Origin: an uncultured Gammaproteobacteria bacterium
GTDB taxonomy: Bacteria > Patescibacteriota > Patescibacteriia > UBA9934 > GWF2-40-263
Assembly (NCBI GenBank): GCA_964399675.1
Contig: CAYNRK010000006.1
Coordinates: 1,886 to 65,885, forward strand
Reading direction: 5' to 3'
Length of the DNA: 64,000 bases
The position numbers and the translations under genes are program-made. The notes below the pieces were generated by a model that ran no database searches, was not told where the DNA came from, and worked only from the letters and a program-made list of their open reading frames with translations. Position 1 is the stretch's first letter. Each line of letters opens with the position of its first letter. Below are positions 28,424 through 36,884 of this stretch, one piece after another.

Positions 28424-29755
28424 ATGCCCAAACATTGGCGACACATTATCTTTTTCCTCTTTGTTCTTGCTTTTTTTATTTCCGCACCGCTTATTGTTTT
28501 ATACACGGCCGGATATCGTTATCATTTTGGAACAAACCAAATCGTACAAACAGGCGTGTTATCAGTTGCTTCTGTACCCCGTTCATCAAATGTAATAATT
28601 GACGGTCAAACAACATCTGAAAAAACACCTGTTGTGTTTGATGATATTTTCCCAGGAGAACATGTTGTTCAAATAGAAAAAGCCGGCTATACAGCCTGGC
28701 AAAAAACAGTTCGTGTAGAAAGCAGAAAGACATCGTTTGCAACAGACGCTGTTCTGTTCTTAAATCAAGTACCCATTAAACAAAATGACCAATCGATTAT
28801 TAAAGGCTCAGTAAATCCAAATCAAACAAGTCTTGCTTATCTTGTAAAAACCAAAACATTCTTGGAACTTCGGGTAATGGAAAATCCCGATCAAGAAGCA
28901 AGGCTGCTTTTAAGAGTGTCTTATGATCCGCATGCAAAGTATGTTCTTGATTGGTCAAAAAATGGTAACCATTTGCTTTTTGATGTTCAGCGCGGACCTT
29001 TACATGAACTTACGCTTATATCACTTATCACCGGCTCGGTTACTGAAGTAAATATTAGTGAGCGTATTTCCAGTTATTGGTGGGATGTGGGAGCAGACGA
29101 AATGCTTTATGTGCGTGGACGTTTTTCTTTGTTTACCTTAAATGCAAACGCAGGCGAACAAACCAGACTGGCACATAATTACATGGCAAGAACATATAAT
29201 GGAAATGAACTCGTGGTTACGCCTTCAAAAAATCAAACAACTGTTTCATTGTCTCAACCGGATGGCAGTTCTAAAATTCTGGCGTACATTCCATTTGGGG
29301 AATATGCTTTTGAAACCGTTCGTGAAGAACTTGTGTTGCTCAGTGAGAAACAAAGTAAAAAAATTGTTCTTTTAAATCCAAAAGATCAGCAGCCAATTCT
29401 TTTTCAAGCAGATGCTAATTTATGGAAGTGGAATAATGAACAAGAACTTCTTGTCTACACTGATGGTTTTGAAATTCAAGTGTTTGATACAAAATCTAAC
29501 AAAAATTATACAGTCACAAGGTCTAGCTCTCGTTTTGACTTTGTCACATGGCACCCTGACCACAACATTCTTTTTGTTGAACAAGACAATACGTTATTTA
29601 CAACCGAATATTTTGGTTCGGAAAAAAATCAAACCCACCTTACTGATGGATTTGATCTTGAACACATTTGGTTTTCAAAAAACAATGATGATTTATTTTT
29701 TGTAACAGTTGAGAATGATCAGCAAGCAATTTATACTCGACACTTACAAAAATAA
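28424..29755 (+). CDS. PEGA-domain membrane-anchored protein with beta-propeller-like C-terminus
   Basis: TM, then TG.L.V.S.P....V.IDG...KTP...PGEH.V.IEK.GY..W. Confidence 0.8.
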   Translation: MPKHWRHIIFFLFVLAFFISAPLIVLYTAGYRYHFGTNQIVQTGVLSVASVPRSSNVIIDGQTTSEKTPVVFDDIFPGEHVVQIEKAGYTAWQKTVRVESRKTSFATDAVLFLNQVPIKQNDQSIIKGSVNPNQTSLAYLVKTKTFLELRVMENPDQEARLLLRVSYDPHAKYVLDWSKNGNHLLFDVQRGPLHELTLISLITGSVTEVNISERISSYWWDVGADEMLYVRGRFSLFTLNANAGEQTRLAHNYMARTYNGNELVVTPSKNQTTVSLSQPDGSSKILAYIPFGEYAFETVREELVLLSEKQSKKIVLLNPKDQQPILFQADANLWKWNNEQELLVYTDGFEIQVFDTKSNKNYTVTRSSSRFDFVTWHPDHNILFVEQDNTLFTTEYFGSEKNQTHLTDGFDLEHIWFSKNNDDLFFVTVENDQQAIYTRHLQK

Positions 29756-29773
29756 TCTTACTGCGCTTTCAGT

Positions 29774-30856
29774 CTATAACTCAACAAAGCTATTGTCTCC
29801 TAAAATGAGTCGATGGCCGGTTTTTGGATGACTCCGACGGTAATCAACCAATGAAGCGTTGAGCCCAATAAGACTATTAACTATCCGACGTGTTGTATCA
29901 ATAGTTGCGCCATCAAAAACAATGGAATGTTCAACTTCTGTGTGTGTGATTGTGACGTTGTTTCCAATGGCTGAGTAAGGGCCAATATAACTTGAAGTTA
30001 CAACACAATTCTCTCCAATTACAACCGGACCGCGAATAAGTGTGTCCGGACTTATTGTTGAACCTTTCCCAATGCTTACCAAACCTTGAACTTGCGCATT
30101 CTCTGGCACATTGCAATCAACACAAAAATCTTCACGACTCAGATCATCCATGATAAGTGCGTTCCCTTCAATCAGAGCGTCCGGTGTTCCAGTATCTTTC
30201 CACCAACCTGTAATCTCTTCATGTCCGGTTTTTCCATTTCGAATATACCAAGTGATAATATCAGTGATCTCGTACTCACCTCGTCCTGAGGGCTGTAATG
30301 TTTTAAAAGCTTCAAAAAACTTTTCATCAAATAAATAAATACCTGTTACAGCATACGGTGATGGGGGGTCTTTTGGTTTTTCAACAGTGCGTCTGAGTGT
30401 TCCGTCGTTATCAAACTCAGCAACTCCAAATCTTTGAGGGTCTTTTACATGGGACAGTGCAATCATGCAATCAAGATCCTCATTTTGAAATCGGTCAACA
30501 AATCGATTAATACTTCCGAGAATTATATTATCTCCCAAGAAAAACAAAAATCTTTCTCCTCGCAAATGTTCTTCAGCGTTTGCTACAACGTGTGCCAGAC
30601 CTTTGGCACCGCCGCGTTGTTCAACATATTTAATTTGAGCTCCAAATTCAGATCCGTTTCCAAACGCCTCGTACATCATTTCAATCTCACCTGGATTCAC
30701 ATTGATAATAAGATCTTTGATTCCAGCATTTGTAATTTTCTTAATGACATACCAAAGCATTGGCTTATTTGCCATTGGAATCAGGTGCTTGTTTCTAGTC
30801 CATGTGATGGGGCGAAGTCTTGTTGCATGCCCACCTGCTGCAATAAGTGCTTTCAT
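29774..30856 (-). CDS. rfbA: Glucose-1-phosphate thymidylyltransferase (long form)
   Basis: AAGG.ATRLRP.T....K.LIP.ANKP, LGDN, PS.RGE.EITD, WWKDTG and hexapeptide C-terminus. Confidence 0.9.
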   Translation of the reverse strand: MKALIAAGGHATRLRPITWTRNKHLIPMANKPMLWYVIKKITNAGIKDLIINVNPGEIEMMYEAFGNGSEFGAQIKYVEQRGGAKGLAHVVANAEEHLRGERFLFFLGDNIILGSINRFVDRFQNEDLDCMIALSHVKDPQRFGVAEFDNDGTLRRTVEKPKDPPSPYAVTGIYLFDEKFFEAFKTLQPSGRGEYEITDIITWYIRNGKTGHEEITGWWKDTGTPDALIEGNALIMDDLSREDFCVDCNVPENAQVQGLVSIGKGSTISPDTLIRGPVVIGENCVVTSSYIGPYSAIGNNVTITHTEVEHSIVFDGATIDTTRRIVNSLIGLNASLVDYRRSHPKTGHRLILGDNSFVEL

Positions 30857-31019
30857 AAAATATAAGTCAAAATTACATTGGCCACTTTACGCCTTTGAAA
30901 AACAAGCGTCAATAAGTTGCTTGACGAACTTTGGGGTTCATAAAAAGACACCTTGACGCAATCAAGAAAATAAATTACTCTTCTTTTCTGACGGACTGGC
31001 TGTCACCACGGAGGAACTC

Positions 31020-31634
31020 ATGACTGTCTGGATCTCGCTCGAAGAAGCAAGAAAAAGGCTTGGCGATGACGTTGTCATCTGCCTGGAGCCCGAAGGAGTG
31101 CCTGACATCGAGGATGAAGGGAGACCTGAAAGAAAGAGCCTGGCTGACAAGCTTCCTGGGCTCTGGGTGTTCGATCCGAGAACGGGTCGGATCCAGCGCG
31201 GAGACGGCAAGTTCCACGCAGCCGGAGTGGTCAAGCACCCGGGCGGCTGGAACCTGGCCGCGGTCATCGAGGAGCCGAGCGTGGAACCGCCCGAAGAGGG
31301 TCCACACGTAGTCGGTCACGTGATCGTGGAGGTCAACCCGCGTGGGTTCGTGCGCAGACGGCTGGGCAAAGGCCTCAGCGGCGCGATCCACGAGCTCATG
31401 CCAAGCTCGATCAGCAAGGGCGAAGGTGCTGGTGAGGAGGAAGAACCGGTCGGCTACTTCGAGGCCAACTGCCAGCGCATCTGCGGCTCGATCGCGGTGT
31501 ATCTGCGTGAGGTCGACTTCCCGGACGACGAAGGCATGACTCCGGAGAGGTTCCGGAAGTGCTCCGAGGACGGACGTTCGCTCAGCGCGCTCGCAGTCGC
31601 TGGTCTGCTGCACGGGAGCCCTGTCACGGGCTAG
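31020..31634 (+). CDS. GC-rich protein, possibly a divergent NDP-hexose 2,3-dehydratase-like domain
   Basis: TTGACG-17-TACTCT promoter and GGAGG RBS. W.FD..TGRIQR.DGKF..........W resembles the family N-terminal signature. Confidence 0.55.
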   Translation: MTVWISLEEARKRLGDDVVICLEPEGVPDIEDEGRPERKSLADKLPGLWVFDPRTGRIQRGDGKFHAAGVVKHPGGWNLAAVIEEPSVEPPEEGPHVVGHVIVEVNPRGFVRRRLGKGLSGAIHELMPSSISKGEGAGEEEEPVGYFEANCQRICGSIAVYLREVDFPDDEGMTPERFRKCSEDGRSLSALAVAGLLHGSPVTG

Positions 31635-31664
31635 AAACACTCGACACTCAACATCTCTCTCCTA

Positions 31665-31690
31665 CGGGCTTCCCCAGCCCGTTTTCATTT
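31665..31690 (+). terminator. Intrinsic terminator
   Basis: CGGGCT-TCCCC-AGCCCG-TTTTCATTT. Confidence 0.7.
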
Positions 31691-31812
31691 TGAAAATTGA
31701 ACCAGGTGCATAAGCATCAAAAATAACTGTCACCAAATAGATCCATAATTTACATTACAAAAGAAGCTGGCGAGCAAAGAATTCTGTGCACAAACAAAAA
31801 CAACCCTTTCGG

Positions 31813-31840
31813 AACAATCCTAACGATCGTTAGGATTGTT
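31813..31840. repeat. Perfect 28-bp palindrome overlapping stop of PaaX-like gene 1
   Basis: AACAATCCTAACGATCGTTAGGATTGTT. Confidence 0.9.
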
Positions 31841-32357
31841 AGAGAATTTTTCCCTCCACCACCTTCGCCCATTCTCCAATTCCAATCTCATCAAGGAGCT
31901 GCCTCATCTCATCGGTAACAGCCTTTCTTGTTCCCCAAATACTTTTTTGAATTTGTACAAAACCAGCTTTCTTTAAATATTTACGAAAAAGATCACGAGT
32001 TTTTCGAACATCTTCTGGAATGTCAAAGATGATCAGACAGTATTCATCATCAAAGAGTTCGTTTTGTTCTAAAAGAATTCTGTCTTTCAATGACTGTACT
32101 AGACCCTTTTTTGTTAATTGAAACTCAATACGGTCGCCTTTTTCTAGTATTTCAATTAGACCCCTTTCAATGAGTTGATACTCAAGCTCGAGATGATTTA
32201 TCTTCGCTTTTCTTTTCCTATAAAAATCAAATTCCCGAGCCATTGCTCTGACACCAGTACCTGAACACGGGTAGGAATAAGGATGCGATTTTTCCAATCT
32301 TTGTATTCTGTTAGTCAACTTTTGAAGTTGATATCGAGTATTTGGAATTTTAGACAT
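31839..32357 (-). CDS. Short PaaX-like protein (wHTH + Cas2-like domain) 1
   Basis: RGLIE....FQLTKKG wing, then LIIFDIPE..RK.RD.FR..LK..GF.QIQKSIW. Confidence 0.85.
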   Translation of the reverse strand: MSKIPNTRYQLQKLTNRIQRLEKSHPYSYPCSGTGVRAMAREFDFYRKRKAKINHLELEYQLIERGLIEILEKGDRIEFQLTKKGLVQSLKDRILLEQNELFDDEYCLIIFDIPEDVRKTRDLFRKYLKKAGFVQIQKSIWGTRKAVTDEMRQLLDEIGIGEWAKVVEGKIL

Positions 32358-32363
32358 AAGCAA

Positions 32364-32387
32364 AAATCCTAACGATCGTTATGATTT
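32364..32387. repeat. Second copy of the same palindrome, 6 bp upstream of start
   Basis: AAATCCTAACGATCGTTATGATTT (one mismatched pair). Confidence 0.88.
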
Positions 32388-32464
32388 CTCTGAAACAGTG
32401 TGGGAAGAGCTAAACGAAAAACTCCCCACCACTACTAATGGAAGGGAGTATTTATTATAATTAC

Positions 32465-32493
32465 ATATTAGCAATTTTTTTTGAATCTGTCAA
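32465..32493 (-). promoter_or_regulatory. Sigma70 promoter of PaaX-like gene 1
   Basis: TTGACA-17 bp-TAATAT with TGn extended -10. Confidence 0.7.
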
Positions 32494-32581
32494 TGTGTAT
32501 GACAACTAATTTTCATAAAAAAACAAAATTCAGATAACAAGAAAACCACCAGGACAATACCTTGGTGGCCGTACGTCTTGC

Positions 32582-33307
32582 TCAGACGAGCAAGGACATG
32601 ACTGCGCGCATGTGACCGCTGAGAAAGCCAGCTGCCCTTGCTTCGCGCAGGACACTGCGAGTGATCCAGGCGAAGTTCTCGGGCTGACCGGTCTTTTTGA
32701 CTTCTTGGTTGACCAGACCCTCATCAGCCACACGAATGTGTCCGTACTTGTTGACCTTTTCGAAGTGTCGACCCCCGTCTTCGACTGCGTCCTCCCAGGC
32801 AATATGCGACGCCCATCCCACCTTCTGTGGAGATAGAACCAGGTCAGCAAACGGAACAGGCTTGATGGGCCGACCTCCACGATCCAGCTCCCCTTGCAGT
32901 GCCTTGCGATGATGATCCAGATTGGATTGTGAGAACTGCACTGGTGGGGCAACAAGGACTCGTGTGTTGCGACCTTGGGGCACTTCGATTCCAATGTTGC
33001 CTGGCTCAGCAAGCATGCGCACAAGGATCCTGTTGGGCTCGTGCACGATCAAGGCAACGAACCCCTTTCCAACCGTGAAAAGCATGGGCTGCTTCCAGCT
33101 CGCAACCTCTCGACCGGCCGCACCGGCGATCCTTACACCACGCACGCTGTAGAAGCGTCCATCAGGACGCATGAGCCCGGCGTCGGAAACCTTCCAGTCT
33201 GGCCTGAGCCACGAAATGGAGCATTCTTCCGACGCCATTGCCAGCGCATCCGCACGCTTATGAGCGAAAGTGAAAAAAGACGGCATATTGGTAAAGGTCT
33301 TAACCAT
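32582..33307 (-). CDS. NDP-hexose 2,3-dehydratase family protein (single domain)
   Basis: DGRFYSV.G, REVASW.QPM, AEPGN, APPVQ...SN, EDGGR.F...N and NF.W. Own TTGACA-17-TAATTT promoter and AAGGAG RBS. Confidence 0.85.
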   Translation of the reverse strand: MVKTFTNMPSFFTFAHKRADALAMASEECSISWLRPDWKVSDAGLMRPDGRFYSVRGVRIAGAAGREVASWKQPMLFTVGKGFVALIVHEPNRILVRMLAEPGNIGIEVPQGRNTRVLVAPPVQFSQSNLDHHRKALQGELDRGGRPIKPVPFADLVLSPQKVGWASHIAWEDAVEDGGRHFEKVNKYGHIRVADEGLVNQEVKKTGQPENFAWITRSVLREARAAGFLSGHMRAVMSLLV

Positions 33308-33365
33308 GATCACTGTCTCCTTGCTGAAAAGAAAAATTAGCAGTCTTTATCAAAATTGTCAATCA

Positions 33366-33391
33366 AAAAAGAGCCGTTCGGCTCTTTTTTA
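33366..33391. terminator. Intrinsic terminator after the epimerase/reductase
   Basis: AAAAAAGAGCC-GTTC-GGCTCTTTTT. Confidence 0.8.
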
Positions 33392-33401
33392 TTTATTTAT
33401 T

Positions 33402-34247
33402 TTATTCTCCCCTTTTTGCTTTTGCGTACTTTTCTAATGTGTCTCTTAATGCCTCTTGTACAGATCTCATTGCTATTCCAAATTCTCCCAATCGCGTGCT
33501 TTTCAAAAAGTTGTTTGACCGTCCTTTCTTTGCCAACCCTTGTTTTACTAAATCATCATTTGAAATCCATTCACACGAATGATTCTGATCCACTAATTCC
33601 TTATACAATCCAAGCAGCTCTCTGTGTCTCATGGTTCCTGGATTAGTAACATGGAAAATTCCTTCGGCTCGTTTGCTAAGAAGCTGATAAAAAACATCAA
33701 CCATATCATCAACAATTGAAACTGAATTTTCAACATCAATTACTTTTTCAAAACCCGCGAGCTTATCAATCAAATTTCCTGAAGATGGCTTCCAATCTAT
33801 TGGCATACGAATTCGTCCGATCCCAACATTAGGAAGTGTTGAAAGAACCAAGTCAGCTGCAAACTTTGCTCGTGAATAAACAGGACGCGGGTTTCCAAAA
33901 TCATCCTCGCGCCATGCATTATCTTCGTGCGGCGAGTGTCCATAAAAAATACATCCGGAACCAATGTGCAGCAAATACTTCCCTGTCTCTGCACACGCTT
34001 GCGCAAGCATAATAGGAAGCACAGTGTTTCCTTCAATCGTTTCCAGTTGATGATCTTCACACCAGTCCACGTTTGGTTTTCCTTTTACACCAGCCGCATT
34101 AAAAACAACATCCGGCTGCGTTCTGTTAATTTCATCAATTGCGTCCTGCACGCTCTTTACGTTCACGGGCGAAATAAAAGCTTCATCCCCCCAAGCCTCC
34201 TTACAACGATTACCAATGTAACCGTTTCCAAAAATCAAAATTTTCAT
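33402..34247 (-). CDS. dTDP/UDP-4-keto-6-deoxyglucose 3,5-epimerase/4-reductase (NRS/ER-type RmlD-like)
   Basis: GNGYIG, AGVKGKPNVDWCE, SGCIF, YSRAK and RIRMPI. Confidence 0.82.
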   Translation of the reverse strand: MKILIFGNGYIGNRCKEAWGDEAFISPVNVKSVQDAIDEINRTQPDVVFNAAGVKGKPNVDWCEDHQLETIEGNTVLPIMLAQACAETGKYLLHIGSGCIFYGHSPHEDNAWREDDFGNPRPVYSRAKFAADLVLSTLPNVGIGRIRMPIDWKPSSGNLIDKLAGFEKVIDVENSVSIVDDMVDVFYQLLSKRAEGIFHVTNPGTMRHRELLGLYKELVDQNHSCEWISNDDLVKQGLAKKGRSNNFLKSTRLGEFGIAMRSVQEALRDTLEKYAKAKRGE

Positions 34248-34253
34248 AGTTTT

Positions 34254-34348
34254 TGTCATTTCGAGCGAGCTAGGTGAGCCGAGAAATCTCGCATTCCAGA
34301 TCTCTCCGCTCCCCACGATCCTTCGGATCGGGGTCGGTCGAGATGACA
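34254..34348. repeat. Family A REP-like element, copy 2
   Basis: TGTCATTTCGAGC...GGTCGAGATGACA with internal GAGAAATCT/AGATCTCTC arms. Confidence 0.8.
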
Positions 34349-34353
34349 TGCTG

Positions 34354-35358
34354 TTATCTTAAATTATATTGCTGTTTGTAATAATCTTTATAAGCACCTG
34401 AACGGCATCTATCAATCCACTCTTGATTGTCTTTTAACCATTGCACTGTTTGACCCAATCCTTCATCAAAATTTACTTTTGGTTCCCAGCCAAGTTCTGT
34501 TCTTAACTTCTGACTGTTTAATGCATATCGTCGATCATGCCCGGCCCGATCTTTTACATATTCAATATGAGATTCATCTCGTCCTGTAAGTCCAATCATC
34601 TTTCTTACAATATCCAGGTTTGGCACGCGATACCCTGTTCCAATGTTATAAGCTTCGCCAAGGTTGCCTTTTTGCGCAATCAAGTCAATTGCCCTGCAAT
34701 GATCTTCTGTAAAAATCCATTCACGGATTTGCATTCCATCTCCATAAACAGGAACGATTTTACCATTAAATAAATTGGATGTAAACAATGGGATCAGCTT
34801 TTCAGGAAATTGATATGGGCCATAAAAATTAACAGAGTGAGTGATAATAACCGGAGTTCCATAAGTTATTGCATAAGCGTGGCACATATGATCAGCCGCA
34901 GCTTTTGAAGCCGAGTATGGGCTTCTTGGCTCAAATGGCGAACCCTCTTCTGACTCCCCTTCCATAACAGCGCCATAAACTTCGTCTGTTGAAATGTGAA
35001 CCATACGAGGAATGTTGTGTTTGCGAACACCCTCAAGCAATGTGTAAACGCCATAGATATTTGTATCAACAAATGCACGAGGTTCTAAAATTGATCGATC
35101 AACATGAGTCTCAGCAGCATAGTTGATAATCAGATCAACGCCTTTTGATAAAACCTGGTCCACATCATTTTCGTTTGCAATATCACCTTTTACAAATTGA
35201 TAACGCTTGTCGTTTTCAATCTCTTTGAGATTTTCAAGATTTCCAGCGTAAGTTAGTTTGTCAAAGTTAACAACTTCAACATCGTCATATTTTTTTAACA
35301 AATAGTGGATCATGTTTGTTCCCATGAATCCAGCTCCTCCGGTGATCAATATTTTCAT
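34354..35358 (-). CDS. rfbB: dTDP-glucose 4,6-dehydratase
   Basis: GGAGFMG, DKLTYAGN, AAETHVDRSI, STDEVYG, YSASK and QFPEKLIP. Confidence 0.95.
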   Translation of the reverse strand: MKILITGGAGFMGTNMIHYLLKKYDDVEVVNFDKLTYAGNLENLKEIENDKRYQFVKGDIANENDVDQVLSKGVDLIINYAAETHVDRSILEPRAFVDTNIYGVYTLLEGVRKHNIPRMVHISTDEVYGAVMEGESEEGSPFEPRSPYSASKAAADHMCHAYAITYGTPVIITHSVNFYGPYQFPEKLIPLFTSNLFNGKIVPVYGDGMQIREWIFTEDHCRAIDLIAQKGNLGEAYNIGTGYRVPNLDIVRKMIGLTGRDESHIEYVKDRAGHDRRYALNSQKLRTELGWEPKVNFDEGLGQTVQWLKDNQEWIDRCRSGAYKDYYKQQYNLR

Positions 35359-35894
35359 ATGTTCAAATGTTTTTTAACCAAATACCAGGATGAGATCACT
35401 GTTCCGTCCCAAATATCTCCACTCTGAATTGCTTCATCGATTTGTTCTGCTGTCATTTCAATAATATCTATCTCTTCATTGTCTTCTAATTTTTGTTTTG
35501 CTGGCTCAAGATCTGTTGCCAAATAAACTATTCCCCGTTCTTTTGAAATAGATGGAGCTGATGCTTTCCACCCGATTCTAACGATTTTATTTGGCTTATA
35601 CCCAGCCTCTTCAATGCACTCTCTTACAAATGCCTCATCTGGAGTTTCGTCTTTTTCAATCCCACCAGCTGGAATAGCAACAGAAATCTTGTCAAACAAA
35701 TATCTATATTCTTTAAGCATTATAAAGTTGCCGTTTTCTTTTTGAAGAAAACCTTCAACATACTCTGTGCCGTATGCATTTGCATGATAGTAATATGTTC
35801 GTTTCTGACCATCAACCTCATAATCATCAACTAAAAATCGTATGTGATCGTTTTCAATCACTGGTTCTGTTTTAATTGTTTTCCATTTTTTCAT
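35355..35894 (-). CDS. NUDIX hydrolase (ADP-ribose pyrophosphatase-like)
   Basis: EYRY, PAGGIEKDETPDEAFVRECIEEAG and LEDNEEI. Confidence 0.85.
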   Translation of the reverse strand: MKKWKTIKTEPVIENDHIRFLVDDYEVDGQKRTYYYHANAYGTEYVEGFLQKENGNFIMLKEYRYLFDKISVAIPAGGIEKDETPDEAFVRECIEEAGYKPNKIVRIGWKASAPSISKERGIVYLATDLEPAKQKLEDNEEIDIIEMTAEQIDEAIQSGDIWDGTVISSWYLVKKHLNI

Positions 35895-35903
35895 ATTCAC
35901 TTC

Positions 35904-35994
35904 TGTCATCCCGAGCGACCCCGGCGCAGCCGGGGGAGCCGAAGGATCTCGAATTTGAGATTTCTCCGCTCGCTAGTGCTCGGTCGAAATGACA
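35904..35994. repeat. Family A REP-like element, copy 3 (supplies HIT stop codon)
   Basis: TGTCATCCCGAGC...GGTCGAAATGACA. Confidence 0.8.
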
Positions 35995-36389
35995 GATCTA
36001 ATCTGATTAGCGATTTTTTCAAGCTCCTCTGGATCCCCTTGTTTTTGCGGCCACATTTTCAATCCATCATCTTTGAATCTAGGAACAATGTGAACGTGTG
36101 TGTGAAAAACCGATTGCCCAGCTGCCTCGCCAATGTTTGAAGTAACATTTAGTCCGTCAGCATTTGTGATTTTTTGAATTATTGGACCCAACTTTCTAAC
36201 AGTTGCAAAAACATGGTTCATGTCCTCTTCTGAAGATTCAAACATATTTGCTTTTTCGTTTTTTGGAACAACAAGCACATGACCATTGTGCACTGGAAAC
36301 GCATCCAAAAACGCAACCGTGTACTCGTCCTCATAAATGATCTGTGCGGGAATTTCTTTATTTATAATTTTTGTGAAAATAGATGACAT
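35973..36389 (-). CDS. HIT family nucleotide hydrolase
   Basis: IF.KII..EIP, GHVLVVPK and AGQSVFHTHVHIVPR. Confidence 0.93.
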   Translation of the reverse strand: MSSIFTKIINKEIPAQIIYEDEYTVAFLDAFPVHNGHVLVVPKNEKANMFESSEEDMNHVFATVRKLGPIIQKITNADGLNVTSNIGEAAGQSVFHTHVHIVPRFKDDGLKMWPQKQGDPEELEKIANQIRSVISTEH

Positions 36390-36398
36390 ATTTATATT

Positions 36399-36514
36399 TG
36401 GATCGCTTCTGGATCGCTACCCGGTAGTCTGGATCGCTACCCGGTAGTCTGGATCGCTACCCGGTAGCGGTTTAAGCCTTTAAAAATGGGCCCAGACCGC
36501 TATCGGGTAGCGAT
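36399..36514. repeat. Tandem 20-bp palindromic repeat x3 plus inverted copy (REPIN-like)
   Basis: CTGGATCGCTACCCGGTAG(T/C) at 36409, 36429 and 36449. Inverted ACCGCTATCGGGTAGCGAT at 36496-36514. Confidence 0.88.
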
Positions 36515-36518
36515 TCTT

Positions 36519-36884
36519 TTATTTTGATCTTAAAAGTCCAAGAAAAAATAATGGAATGATGAGCCCCAAAAGACTCACGAAAAATCGATTTGTACCAAGC
36601 CCCTCACCAGTAAGCCAGATTATCATAGATAAAAATATTCCAAAAGCAACAGCAACCAGCAATTGAATCTTTGGCCGATCTTGATAAGTTCTGACCGAAA
36701 TTGACCACCAGTAGCCAAACACCAAACTAAAAAACAGAAAAATATGCACTGAAAAATATCTTGCAACAAAGCCGGATCGTATTGTGTCAAAAAGCCAAAA
36801 AGTAACATAAGAAACCAGGCTTGTTAAAAATCCTGTTTTTGCAATCTGCGCCTGCCACTTTCCTTTTTTTAAAAACATATTCAA
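36519..36884 (-). CDS. Small 4-TM membrane protein
   Basis: Hydrophobic 121-aa ORF coupled to the upstream gene. Confidence 0.7.
   Translation of the reverse strand: MNMFLKKGKWQAQIAKTGFLTSLVSYVTFWLFDTIRSGFVARYFSVHIFLFFSLVFGYWWSISVRTYQDRPKIQLLVAVAFGIFLSMIIWLTGEGLGTNRFFVSLLGLIIPLFFLGLLRSK

Noticed and set aside
30962-31640. Antisense ORF 30975-31640
   Set aside because: Shadow of the GC-rich + strand gene, which has the RBS and terminator.
31839-32357. Calling the PaaX-like genes cas2 or true paaX
   Set aside because: They have an N-terminal wHTH, no array or cas1, no PaaX C-terminal domain and no phenylacetate genes nearby.
36409-36468. Possible CRISPR array
   Set aside because: The 20-bp units are head-to-tail with no spacers, and no cas1 or effector genes are in the window.
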